From Antechinus flavipes (lineage: Eukaryota): a stretch of DNA of 64,000 nt. The notes under the pieces are model-generated. The model was not told the origin of the DNA and did no database searches. It saw nothing but the letters and a program-made list of their open reading frames with translations. Shown here one piece after another: positions 49,210 to 61,380 of the stretch. The translations under genes and the position numbers were made by a program. Numbering within the stretch: the first letter of the stretch is position 1; each line of letters begins with the position of its first letter. The stretch covers positions 633,702,001 to 633,766,000 of the forward strand of contig NC_067399.1 in the NCBI RefSeq assembly GCF_016432865.1. Reading direction: 5' to 3'.

Positions 49210-49585
49210 CTGAAGAAGTAAGAAAAACAATTATTTTGTATCTAATTCTGATAAATAGTTACCGAAGCAAAAAGAGAAGGAACCTTGGGAGAAAATGAAC
49301 ATTCTATGGACAAAGTTTTGAGAAATTAAAAATTTTGATGGAAATTGTATACTTGATAAAGGCAATTTCAAAGGCTTTAGAGAAAAGAGAAGTACTATCT
49401 TGTGACATAAGAATTTACAAGGGATATCAGTGAAGAAGGCTTCAGAGGATTCAAAATTGAATTCTGATACCATTAAAAACAAATGTATCTGAAACAGAGA
49501 GAAAAAAGAGAGGCATATGAAAAAATATACATGAGGAACTCTTCAACAAAATCAGATTTACAAAAGTCATATGGAAAATAGAGTA

Positions 49586-49731
49586 GGGCAGCTAGTTGGT
49601 GTAGTGGATAGAGCACCAGCCCTGAAGTCAGCAGGACCTGAGTTCAAATTTGGTCTCAGATACTAAACACTTCCTCCCTATGTGATCCTGGGCAAGTCAC
49701 TTAATCCTAACTGCATCAGGGGGAAAAAAAA
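49586..49731 (+). mobile_element. Full-length WSINE1-like SINE with 12-13-bp TSD
   Basis: gggcagctagttggtgtagtggatagagcaccagccctgaagtcagc...; TSD gaaaatagagta(g) at 49574-49585 and 49732-49743. Confidence 0.9.
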
Positions 49732-49879
49732 GAAAATAGAGTAGCAAATAACTGAGGATAAATATGAAGGATATCATGATCCTATAAAAAGTTCAAGAAT
49801 TCTAAAGCTCAGTATTCATCATAAGATTCAGCTTGTCCTTAAAAGGAACTTTTAAAAACATACGAGGGCAAGAGAAAGA

Positions 49880-50430
49880 TTTAAGAAGGAAAAGGGCTAT
49901 TATGTGGCATATGATTTTGACAGAACACTATTGTAATATATAAAATGATAAGGGGAATGATTTCAGAAAAACCTGGGAAGACTCATATGAACTGATGCAA
50001 AGTGAAGTAAGCAAAACCAAGACATCACTGTGTACAGTAACAGCAACAATGTAAGAATGATCAACTGTGAAAGATTTATTCTTTTCAATACAATGATCTA
50101 AGACAATTCTGAAAGACTCATGATGAAAAAATATCACCTACCTCCAGAGAGAGAACTGATGAACACTAAGTGCAAAATGAAATATAGTTTTCTAACTTTA
50201 TTTTTTCTTGAACTTTTTTTGTTAAAAAATTCTGAGGACCTGGAAAAGTTTTAGCTAATATGAAAATAGGTTTTGCAAGTTTCACATAAATTGATTGTCT
50301 CCTTGGAGGATAGGGAAAGTCTAGGGAGAGAGAGAGAATTTGGAAATTAAAATTAAAGGTGAAGAGAGAAGGAGACAGAGAAAATGGGAGGAAGGAAAGA
50401 AAGAAGGGAGGATAAAACTAAATTAAAGTA
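49880..50430 (+). mobile_element. L1 3' region
   Basis: gatttcagaaaaacctgggaagactcatatgaactgatgcaaagtgaagtaagc. Confidence 0.85.
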
Positions 50431-51304
50431 AAATTTATACTTTAAAATATAAACAAGTGTTTTTAAAAGAATTTTAAAATAAATAAATAATAATTTTTAA
50501 AAGAAGGGATAAACTTGCTGGGTAGGGCAGATGCAATAATAATGAAGACTGCTTTATTCAAGTACTTTAGTTTATCTTCCTGGTCAAAAAGAGTGATCTT
50601 CATTCCAACAAAGGTAGAACAAAAATGTACAAGGAAACTTAAATTCAAGATAGGTAAAGAAATTGCAAGAAAGCAACCTGGAAGCAATCCTCAATGAGTT
50701 TAAATCACCAAGCCCTAATATATTACATCCTAGGGCACACACAAAAATTGCAAATGTGATTGCCGAATAACTGTCAATGATCTTTGAAAAATTGTGGGAA
50801 ATGAAAGAGGTGTGGCAGGGACAGAGAAAGAAGAACATTTGTCTCAATTTTTTTTAAAATAGAAAAAAACAAAGGCTCATTCCAACTATAAGCCTATAAG
50901 TTTAACTTCAGCCCCTAGCAAAATTCTAAAATATGTTATGAAAAAGAATGTGCTATTTCTACATAGAAAGGGAAGAAGTTAATATTAATAATCAATATGT
51001 ATAGATGAAAATACAAGGCACATCAAATAAAACTCATTTCATTGTGTAAAGGGTCACTGCCCAAGTAGGTTCGGGAAATGGATAGACTACTCCCAGATGT
51101 CAGCAAAATATTTGACAAATCTCTTACCATATTCTTGTGGAGTAGATAATAAATACAATATAAGGATCAGACATTTAGGTGGATTCAGAACTCACTGAAT
51201 AATAATGCTCAGAAAATGATGAATTACTGTTCCCATGTCAACTTGGTAGGTGGTCACTTGTGAAAGTCTACAGGCTCCATTCTATTCACAGTCTTAGCAA
51301 TGAC

Positions 51305-51430
51305 TGGAGAAAGAAATACATGTCTATTTCAGAAGGAGGAGAAAAATTTGGAATACAAAGTTTTGCAAGAGGATGTTGAAAACTATTTTTGCATGTATTT
51401 TGAAAATAAAAAGCTATCATTAAATTTTAA
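51305..51430 (+). mobile_element. Marsupial L1 extreme 3' end
   Basis: agaaaaatttggaatacaaagttttgcaagaggatgttgaaaactatttttgcatgtattttgaaaataaaaagc. Confidence 0.8.
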
Positions 51431-51590
51431 AAAATGAATGGCAAAGCAACAATTAATCAAGTGCTTATTAAGTGTCAAAGACTGAGTTAGATTCTTGGGA
51501 CATAAATACATAATAAGTGAGAGATTTCCTGCTCTTGAAAAAGTCATTCTACTGGAGGGATATATATTCAGAGATAAGTTAGTAAAAGAC

Positions 51591-51594
<4 letters not shown>

Positions 51595-51630
<36 letters not shown>
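51595..51630. repeat. (AC)18 microsatellite
   Basis: Seen directly. Confidence 0.95.
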
Positions 51631-51632
<2 letters not shown>

Positions 51633-54334
51633 TATTTGGGGGAGGAAGATCACAAATAATTAACAGGGTGTGCGGGAGGGGAGTGGTAACAGGGTAATAA
51701 TCAGCCTAGAAAGTCTGGAATGTGTGTAGAAATTAAATATCAAATTGTAGACTGTATTTTATTTTGAAGACAATAGGGAGCCATTGAGGCTTTTTGAGCA
51801 GGGGTGTGACATGATTCCATATTTGTTTCAGGATATGCAGAAAGGATCATAAAAAATCGTGGATGATAGATTCAGGAACCAAGAAAATTCTAACAGGCTA
51901 AAATGATGGATTCAAATAAATGAGATGAAATTTAATAGGAATTAATGTAAAGTCCCACATTTGAGCTAAAAACAACCAAAAAAATCAACTGTAAACATTA
52001 AATGAAGGAGATAGAACAAGACACATATTCACATGAAAAACACTTGAGGATTTTAATGGCCTTCAATATCAATATATAGTCACAAGAGTGAGAAACAGCA
52101 ATTAAACAAATAAAACCCAAGGATTCATTCTTAGGCTGGATTAAAAGAAGTCTAGCATCCAGAATAGAGGAAACTCTATTTTCTCTGTTTGTTCAGCTGC
52201 CCAGATCATATCTGTCTGATATTCTGTACTTTGACCATATTTTAAGAATGACAATTACAAGCTATACAATCTGATGGAAATCAAACAGAAAAATATTTTA
52301 CATCTTGTTAAATAAAGAGTGGTTAAAGGAATTCAGAATGAGTAGGTAGAGAAGAGCAGATAGAGGGGCACCTGACCACTGCCCAAGGACTGGAAGATAT
52401 GCTAGGGAGAACAATTCAATTTGGTGGGTTTTTTTTTCCCCTGGGCCCCAGAGAGTAGAATTAATGCAGAGAAAGAAAATAGAGAGAAGAAAAACTTGGC
52501 TTCATGTAGTGAAAATGTTCTTAAATTTTTGAACTATTAAAAACGAGAATGGGTTCCCTCAGGAGCTGGTAAATTTCTTAGCTCTAAAACTCTTTAAGCA
52601 CAACCTGAATGATCAACTGTCAGGATATTCTGCTCAAGTAGGGGGTGAAGGTAGGAGGTGATGAAACTCTGAAATTCTATGATTCTACAAGTTATACCTT
52701 CATTTTGCATCACTATAGGAAACTCTTGGAGTCACAAAGCCTGAACCCAAAAGAATGATTCAAAGGAACATAAGATTTTGAGAAGTAAGTAAATATGGGG
52801 AGCATCTAGTCCAACTTTTACCAATTGGAGATGAGGAACCAGAAACCCAGAGAGATCAGAGATGAGATATACCATGCTTCCATTCCTCTGGTTGAAACTT
52901 GCTATAGTTTGGATACCGGTCATTCAACAAGTAACTTCTCTCTACCCTAAATGACCAGAGGCTGATTGTGTAGTCTACAGAGCCAAGGGAAGTACCATAT
53001 CTCTGAGAGATTACTAAAGCATCAGTCAGACTCTCCATTCCATGCTTCCTCTTATTATCTACTTCCTATTCTACTGGAATTTAGGACCCTACCCTTGCCA
53101 CCACAGTAGACTATGAAAGGGGACTTTTTGCCTTGCCTAACCCTGATTTAGACTTCCACGTGGCCATCTCCATACCATGTTGCTCCAGCCCCTTTTTGTG
53201 TTATCTTGCCTCAGTAGACTGTAGTTCTTAGAGGGGAGGAATTATTTTGGGTTTGCGGCTCTAATCCTTAGCACAGTGCCAGGCAATAGTGAGTGCTTTG
53301 CAAACATGTTCATATTTCTCTATATCTCTTGTCTGTCTGTCTTTCTCTCTGTGTTTCTCTCTGTCTCTGTCAGATGGATAAAGGACATTGTAACCCAATA
53401 TACTATTTCTGTCTGGAGTCATTGTCCATCTCCATAGGTGCCGTAAGTACCTACAGTGATGTAGCCATATCCCTTTAGAAGTACTTTATTCACAGATTCA
53501 GAGTCCTAGCTTGAAACCTGGAGGGGAAATCAAAAGTTATCTAGTTCTTCAACAGCCTCATTATACAAATGAGCAAACTAAGATCCAATAGGTAAAGTAA
53601 TTTTCCTGAGTTCATATATAGTAAGATACAAATCTATGTAATAAGTGAGAACCTATCTTATCTAGCTCTAATTCCAATACTCTTTCTTGTATATAATACA
53701 GCCTCCCAGAAAGGAATCTGTTAAATATTAAGACCTTGTTTGTATGCCTGTTTTCTTTCCCATACAACAACAAGCAGAAGGAAGGGAAAAAAAAAAAAAA
53801 AACCTGAAAAACAAACTACTGTTCATTCTGACTGGCCATCATGATCCCAGCTGCCACTTGCCAAAAAAGCTTTTCTGATGCTTTGGATCAATATTGGCCT
53901 TATGAAGTCATTTTTTATTTCTGTTCAAAAACCTCATTGTGCTCTGTTTAAATGTATTTTAAATGCTAAATTCCTCTAACCCCAGAGCAGAGGTTTATAA
54001 TTTATTGTGCTTGTTGACAAGGAGACAAATTATACATATATACAAGGCAAATATGAACAAAGAGGAAAAGTGGGTTAAGGGTGGAGTAGGGAACTAAGAA
54101 ACTACCTTCTGATTGGGAAAAGACCGAGTGTATATGCCAGATCATCTGAACCAGCTACTGCATTTTCCCCTTCTTTCTTTTTCTTCTATGAAGCAAAAGA
54201 ANNNNNNNNNNNNNNNNNNNNNNNNNNNNNNNNNNNNNNNNNNNNNNNNNNNNNNNNNNNNNNNNNNNNNNNNNNNNNNNNNNNNNNNNNNNNNNNNNNN
54301 NNNNNNNNNNNNNNNNNNNNNNNNNNNNNNNNNN

Positions 54335-54387
54335 GCTACAGCTATGGCTAGTATTATTACCACATGGCTTCTTGGAACATGATTTCC
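54335..54387. repeat. End of an unidentified short element, copy A
   Basis: taccacatggcttcttggaacatgatttcc is 29/30 identical to 55993-56022; both follow a gap. Confidence 0.7.
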
Positions 54388-54759
54388 CTGTCCCCAAAAT
54401 CACCAAAAAGCAGAGGACTGAGACATAAAGAAATAAAGGAAGTTAAAATCACAAAGGATGGTTGAGAAATCATAGTAACATCATAACCCACTAATTAAAA
54501 TGGTAAGCCTTTTTTACCAAGGCATATAAAATAGAGCAAAATTGTTTCTCCAAAATGTTCACTGCTTCCCAAGAACTCGTTAATTTTTACTTCAACAGGT
54601 TGGCAGAATAATAATATATGGTTGGTTATCTAAATGAATTTCTATTGACAAAATGTTCCTCTATGGTACCAGCGCCAAAATTAGCAAGAACATTACCATA
54701 TTTTCATTCTTTTAGCAAGTCCCATATTATTTTTCTTCAGAGAGCAGATCTCTCCTTTA

Positions 54760-55080
54760 TTACAGCATAGAACTGAACCTAAAAACTCGATGTCTGAGGC
54801 TGGAATGTGACCTTATCGCCATCATCATCATCCTTGCAGAGCTTTGAATTTTTTTCAAAGTACATTCACAGTGCTGACCTTTGATCCTCAAAACAAACCT
54901 GTCATAGAATCATCAAACATGAATCACCGTGGGGTCTAACCCATAAATAGATAAGAATCCCCTTATTTTATACATTACAAACGGTCAGCTAACTGCTACC
55001 CGAAGATGTCCAATGAAAGGAGTTTGCTCTCAAAGCATCTTTCCCATAGGTGTTCTAATTGTTAAAAATATTTTCCAAAG
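54760..55080. promoter_or_regulatory. Candidate enhancer with TCF/LEF-type sites
   Basis: CTTTGAA 54842, TTCAAAG 54854, CTTTGAT 54879 overlapping TGACCTTTG. Confidence 0.3.
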
Positions 55081-55129
55081 ATTTATATGAAGTGAAGGGA
55101 GCATAACCAGGAGAACTAAGTATTTGGTA

Positions 55130-55440
55130 ACAACAATAGTCTAAAGATAAATATCTTTGAAAGACTTAGAAACTCTAACACAAATTCAAAGTACTCATGA
55201 TGAAACATGTATATTTTCTTTCTTTTTTTGAGGGGAACAGATATAGCTAATGCAGGAATCTGTTTTATTTGATTATATATTATTATATTATATGTGATTA
55301 TATAATGTTATCATATTATATATGACTATATAAATATTAATATTTATGAAAGTTTTGTCTTTCTTGACTTCTCAATGGGTGGAGGAGAGGATGTAGGTGA
55401 AAAAATTCAGAACTAAAAATAAAATTATATTGAATTAAAA
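55130..55440 (+). mobile_element. L1 3' terminal fragment
   Basis: gacttagaaactcta...gaaaaaattcagaactaaaaataaaatt. Confidence 0.6.
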
Positions 55441-55559
55441 AACAAAGTGTTTTTTTTTTCTAAATATACACTGGTTTCCTGTATTTTTAACTCAGTCCTC
55501 CAAATTGGACAAGTAGGACAAATCTAATTCATCTTAGAATTGATTGACTTTCATATGTT

Positions 55560-56900
55560 TCAAGTAACTTTAGGTTGCCCTAAGTCTAATTTTTTGTTAT
55601 TCAAATGATTTCCATTAACAAAACCTCTTCCTGTACTAGAACAGCAATTCTGCTTGTTCCTTAGTTTTTCTTCCCCTAAGTCTTCTCCTTTTTAGTCTAA
55701 GCATGTCCAGTTCCTTCAACAAAACCGTCTTCACATATTATAATTTGAAACTCATTCACTGCCATGATTGTTTTCCTCTGGATACACTCCATCTTATCAC
55801 TTTCTGAAAAAGAGGGGACTCTTAGGGACANNNNNNNNNNNNNNNNNNNNNNNNNNNNNNNNNNNNNNNNNNNNNNNNNNNNNNNNNNNNNNNNNNNNNN
55901 NNNNNNNNNNNNNNNNNNNNNNNNNNNNNNNNNNNNNNNNNNNNNNNNNNNNNNNNNNNNNNNNNNNACAGTTATGGCTACAGCTGTGAATGTACCACAT
56001 GGCTTCTGGGAACATGATTTCCAATATTTTAGAGGTGGTTTGACTAGGACAAAGTATGATGGAACTATTTCCTCTGTGTGGGTAGATACCATACCATTCA
56101 CTAGAGCTGAAGTTGATTTGGCTTTTTTAGATGCCATCCCACACTAAAGATACCTTGAGTACATAGTCTAACAAACTCCTGAATGTTTTGGGATTTTTTT
56201 TTTAGATTAATTCCAGTTTAAGTATAACTCCCACAACTTATACTTGGAAAGTTGATTTTTCAGAACCCATGTGTAAAACTTCACATTTATCCCAATTAAA
56301 TTTAATCTCATTAAGTTAAGTCAACAAGAATTTAATAAGTGCCTACTTCGTGCCAAGCATTGTGCTACGTGCATTAAATTCAATCCAGCATTTTAGCCTG
56401 TCAAGATTTTTTAAAAATCTTGACTTTGAATTCTAATGTGGTAAGTATGCAGCCTAACTTTCGTTCATTTACAAATTTGATAAGGATGCCTTCTTTGTCC
56501 AAGGGATTTATAAAAATGCTCAATAGCCCAGGGTCAAATACGGATCTCTGCAGCACTTCACTGGACACCTTTCAGGTTGTCGTCAAACCATTCATATTTA
56601 CCCTCTGGGTCCAATCATCTAGCCAATCCTGAATCAAAATAATTGTATCACTCTATCCTACATCTCTCCAGCTAGTCTCCAAGAATTGCTTAAGAGGCTT
56701 TGTCAAATAACTGCTAACATCTAGACAAACTATATCTAAAGCATTCTCCTGATCTACTCACTAACCCAATAAACCATGTAGAAATAATGAGACTATATTA
56801 CACGACCTGTTCATGATGAAACTATATGAATTCTTTGTGATGACTAAACATTCACTAATCATACCTTTAATAAATACTTCAGAATATTGCCAGAAACAAA
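55560..56900 (-). mobile_element. L3/CR1 ORF2 fragment carrying an insertion at about 55831-56022
   Basis: gtgtaaaacttcacatttatcccaattaaattt; cagggtcaaatacggatctctgcagcacttc; gctttgtcaaataactgct. Confidence 0.8.
55968..56022. repeat. End of an unidentified short element, copy B
   Basis: See copy A; interrupts the L3 between ...ggaca and aatattttagaggtgg. Confidence 0.7.
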
Positions 56901-57009
56901 AATCAAGATCCATGATCTATATAGTTGATAGATACCAATCCCGTGCCCTGAAAATTGATCTGGGAAAAAATAAAATAAAAATCTAAAACCTTTTTCCTTT
57001 CCCAAATTT

Positions 57010-57260
57010 ATTAAGTACTTTGTGTGCTAAGTACTGTGCTAAGCATTTAACAAATGTTATCATATTATTCTTGCAACAACCCTGTGAGGCAGAATGCTAT
57101 GATTATCCCCATTTGACAGCTGAAACAACAACAAAAAAATAAAAATAAAAATAAAAACCTGTGATAGAGATATTAAATGATTTGCCCAGGGTCACACAGC
57201 TAAGGTCTAAGGTAGGATTTAAATTCAGGTCATCCTGGCTCCAAGTGCATTGTACCACCT
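57010..57260 (-). mobile_element. MIR
   Basis: atttattaagtactttgtgtgctaagtactgtgc...tgatttgcccagggtcacacagct. Confidence 0.8.
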
Positions 57261-58959
57261 GGGTACTTCTCCCATTCACCTTGATCTTCAAAGACCACTG
57301 ACAATGGCTTAGCAATAATATCTACCATTTTTCTCCCAGCAACTAAGGATATAATTCATCTTGGGGGAAGAGTGAGCTAGATATTCTCTTAACAATGTGT
57401 TCCCCTTCTTATCTTCAATAATGATTCCCTATTAGCTATTTTTCTTCTGTTTTTTTCCAAATTCAAGGCAAAAAGTTGGAAATAAGCTTTTATTAAACAT
57501 TTGCTGAATGCCAGTTATTGGACTAAGAGCTTAGGGATACAATTACAAGCAAAAGACAGTTCTACTCTGAACAAGCTTATATTCTAATGGGAGAAAACAT
57601 CTGACACAAAGGAGTTAGACAGCTATGGAGCAGGGGTATATTAATCTTCTGCTATCTCTCCTTGCTTCCATCTTCAGGATATGATTTTTTTTGCTTGTTT
57701 TACAAAATCCAGGTAGGTTGTATAATGAGTTCTCTTTACATCTACATCTACAGTTTCCCCGTTTCTTTCTTTTTTTTTTTTTTAATCAGTTTAACATTTT
57801 TTTTTTGGAAACTTTTCTCTCATCTTGAGAACATCCCATCCTTCCCTATTTCACTTCAAGATAATTTTAGGTCACAGGATGCTATCCACTCTTTCCTTAA
57901 AGCCTTTGAAATCTGCTTATTCATGATTGCTCTTTTTTTGCCCAAATTCCAAGCTGAAGGAGTCACTTGACTTCAAGATTCCCATTACTGCTATGAAAGT
58001 TGGATGGATCTACTTATATCTATTTTCCTAGAGCAATAGAGACAAGTCAAAAAATATTTTTGTCCATTTTTCATGAAAAAGATAACTAAATAGAATGATA
58101 CTATTTTCAACTCTTGAAGTCAAAGAACAAAGGGTTAATCCATAAATTTTGTTTAAAGACAGAGCTCTCACAAAATAGTGGGGTTTTTGGACAAGATTTT
58201 CTAAGAACATATAACAAACAAAATGATATGCCTTCATTCTGCTTTCCCCCAGGAAAAAAAAAAAACTAATTACTTCCTTGAATAAACAAAAGCAAATATA
58301 TAGAAGCATAAATGAAAGGCCTGTGTACTCCCTGCCCACAGCAAACTTCAGATCCTTCTGCTAATAAAAGACCCTCTTCTGGCACCCTTGGGAATTCCTA
58401 TCATACTAAACAACTCAGTCCCATTTACTTCAGACTTTACCCATATCCCTACTCATCACAATGTCCAGCATTTAAACCCAATGCTTCCATAATTTAAGTA
58501 CCACTTTTAATGAGTTCTAACAATATTCTAGATTTTAGATTTGGGGGGTGGGGTAGTTGAGTGGATGTATATGTGTTGATGAATAGGAATAGGGAGTTTG
58601 GAAAATTATTTGGAAAGGAAAATGGCTTTTCTTTTGGAGATATGGTGGGGTTATATCAGATAGTTCAATAAAATTGAATTAAAAATTGACCAAGAACCAT
58701 AGAGGGATGTGGGCTGTGCTAAGCACTCCCTGGATGAAAAAAGTAATAAGAAATCCCATTCCCTGACCTCAAGGAGCTTTCAATCCATTTAGAAAAACAA
58801 GAATGATTCTCTTCCACTTTCCACCCCCAGTTAAAAAAATAATTAAGTCTGGCAAGAAACAACATATTCTGCCAAGATACTCTGAATAAATTCTTTACTT
58901 TATTGAGTAAGGAAAGAAATGACATACATTATTTAAAATGAACAGGAATTACTTTTTTA

Positions 58960-59220
58960 AAAGTATTCTTAAATATTTATCTTGCTCATATATTTATTGA
59001 TGCTTTTTTTTTTAACAGTATAGTCATTTCTGGAAAAAAAAAAAAAAAAAAAAAAACTTCCACAAATTCTCCCCCCTATAAAGCAGCCTTTGTAACAAAA
59101 AATTTAAAAGGGGAGGAAGGTATTTCAGCAAAATTAATGAATACACTGACAGTATCTGAGAGTATTAAAAATGTTCCACAGTCATTACCCTACCCCTTAC
59201 CCCCCCAGGCATTTCTTCTT
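58960..59220 (-). mobile_element. L1 3' end fragment
   Basis: tttatcttgctcatatatttattgatgc...ggtatttcagcaaaattaatgaatac. Confidence 0.55.
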
Positions 59221-59464
59221 GATGGATAGAAGTCATTTCTTTAGAATAAAAATGCATAGGATACAATAGAATGTAAGAGGTCAAGTACTATTTGATTTTT
59301 ACCTTTGCTGTCCCAGCACAGCTAGACCCAATACCTGATATATAGCAGATACTTAAATGTTATGGAAGAAAGTCAGATAGGCAGGAATGAAGGGAAAATA
59401 GGAGAGAGGAAGAGAGGGAAAAAGAGAAGGAGGAAAGGGAAAGAGGAAGAAAGGACCTAGTTGC

Positions 59465-59745
59465 CAATTAAATCCAGCTTAAAAGAGGGTTCTGCTATAA
59501 ATAAAGAAAACCTTGCTTGGTTGGAGTATGGGACAGGGAAACCACATGAAACAAAGAAGTACTTGAAGTATACCAGCAGAAGGCATCCAAGAATGGAATG
59601 GGATATCTCAGGAGGACCTGGGTTCAACCCCATTGAAGTCTTTCTCCCAGTGGCTGAATGGCCACTGGCTCAGAATGTTATAGCAGGGATTTCTATTCAT
59701 GTGTAGCAGCAGAGATGTTTTCTCAGGTCCCTTCCAACTCTGAGA
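59465..59745 (+). mobile_element. L3/CR1 extreme 3' end
   Basis: aatggaatgggatatctcagg...ggtcccttccaactctgag. Confidence 0.65.
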
Positions 59746-60199
59746 CCCTAAAAGATTTTCTCATCTAAGCCCATTATTTTACAAATGACGAAAAGCAATG
59801 ATAAATTCAGTGATTTGCCAAAATGTCCATTTAGATAATTCAGTGACTTTTTTTTTCCCTTCCATTGATAATTAGAGAGGGAGCCCAGATCTCAATATTC
59901 CTAACATTTTCATTCTACCACATTTCCCCTTTGTTTCCTCAAATTATCTGACAAGAGACAGACTAATCATCTGAAACTATACAGGGAAAATTCAACTGGA
60001 ACACACTTCTTTCCCCATTCAGTCACATGTCAAACATTATGGGATCTTGGATAAGTCACTTAACCACTTTTTCCCTCGGTTTTCTCAACTGTAAAATGAA
60101 GATAATAATAATAATAATACTTTCCAGGGTCATTGTGAGCATAATATAAAATAGTTTAAAAGAGCTTGGTTATAATGCCTGGCATAGATACTTTAATGC

Positions 60200-60478
60200 T
60201 TCCTTTCTTCTTATTCCTTCTTTCCCTTTTCCTTATTTCTATCATTCTTCCTCTCTTCCTTTTTTCCCTCCCTTTCTCTTTCTCTTCCTTTTTCCCTCCC
60301 TCTTTTCCTCCATTCCCTTTGCTCTTTCTCCCTTTCTCCTTTTCTTCTTCCCTTTTCCCTTCCTTCTTGCCATATTTCCTTCCATATTTCTTTCCTTCCT
60401 TCCTTCCTTCCTTCCTTCCTTCCTTCCTTCCTTCCTTCCTTCCTTCCTTCCTTCCTTCCTTCCTTCCTTCCTTCCCAT
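60200..60478. repeat. Pyrimidine tract ending in a perfect (TTCC)n array of about 21 units (60392-60475)
   Basis: Seen directly. Confidence 0.95.
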
Positions 60479-60619
60479 TCATACACTCAGCCTTCATATA
60501 AACCAGTCCTTGGCCAACTGGAATCTAGTCTCCAAATCCAGTGAGAGTGAACTGGTTTTTCTAACTGTGAATGACCTCCAAAGTCAATCCCCAGACTATT
60601 CTTTTAATTAAAAAGACAG

Positions 60620-61380
60620 TTCCATTTAGGTGTGTCTCTAAATTTTAAAGCATTACAGTTAACAGGTTATTTCAAATTGTCCCTGTCAGCTAGAGCTGGG
60701 GGGAGCTCTCCTGATGTCCCCCTAGTGAATCATAATTTGTTTCAAATTTTAAAGGACAAAACTTATTCTTGGCAGTCTCCTGTAGGGAGGAGAACAAATT
60801 CCAATGTTCTTTAATACATCTTGAAATAATTTATGAAACTTTGTGAATATATTATTTCAGGGATGTGCATTTGCAGTCAAAGAATAATTATTCCCTGTTA
60901 GAGGACGGCTTTGAAGGGACATTATCTTTCTTTTCATAGGTGATGGTTGAAAGAAACAATGCTTCAAAGCCACTTTCAGGTTAGAAACCTCTACTTAGGA
61001 AATCAAAGCTAATTTGATTAGAAAAGATGTTTAATTAACCACCAAGTCTATAACTTTGCCATTGAGGAGAAATCTAGATGTCATGTGTTGGAATTTTAAG
61101 GAGATTACAGCCAATGGAGATAATTACTTTTCTTTCTCAAATGATACATGTTCTAATTTTATTAAATGGGAATGACCAAGGTCTCCAGCTAAATCACGAA
61201 AGCCACCTCTTCCATTTACAATGTGGTCTGGTCAAATATGGGCTCCCTGGTCTCATCTTATGTGCCAGATCACTCTCAACAGTTTTTCCCTCAGTAATGA
61301 AGGAGGTGATAAATCACCCAGAGTAGGGTGCGACAGCCATCGCTGTTGTCAGTACACCACTTAAATAGAGTCAGCTCTTT
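60620..61380. promoter_or_regulatory. Candidate conserved enhancer (TCF/LEF plus paired-type homeodomain sites)
   Basis: CTTTGAA 60909, TTCAAAG 60963, ATCAAAG 61002, TAATTTGATTA 61010-61020, TTAATTAA 61031. Confidence 0.4.

Larger units (their letters stand above)
50690..52620 (+). mobile_element. L3/CR1 ORF2 3' half, interrupted by L1, L2 and (AC)n inserts (about 51300-51840)
   Basis: gtgattgccgaataactgtcaatgatctttgaaaaattgtggg; atttgacaaatctcttac; gagatgaaatttaataggaattaatgtaaagtcccac. Confidence 0.8.

Noticed and set aside
49586-49670. tRNA gene reading of A/B-box-like sequence
   Set aside because: tRNA-derived SINE head; no cloverleaf
48990-49880. RTE-clade LINE assignment for the A-rich sequence around the WSINE1
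   Set aside because: My recalled RTE consensus aligned only in short patches; left unclassified pending RepeatMasker
60940-60979. 40-nt plus-strand exon VMVERNNASKPLS
   Set aside because: Weak donor (GTTAGA); better explained as part of a motif-rich non-coding element
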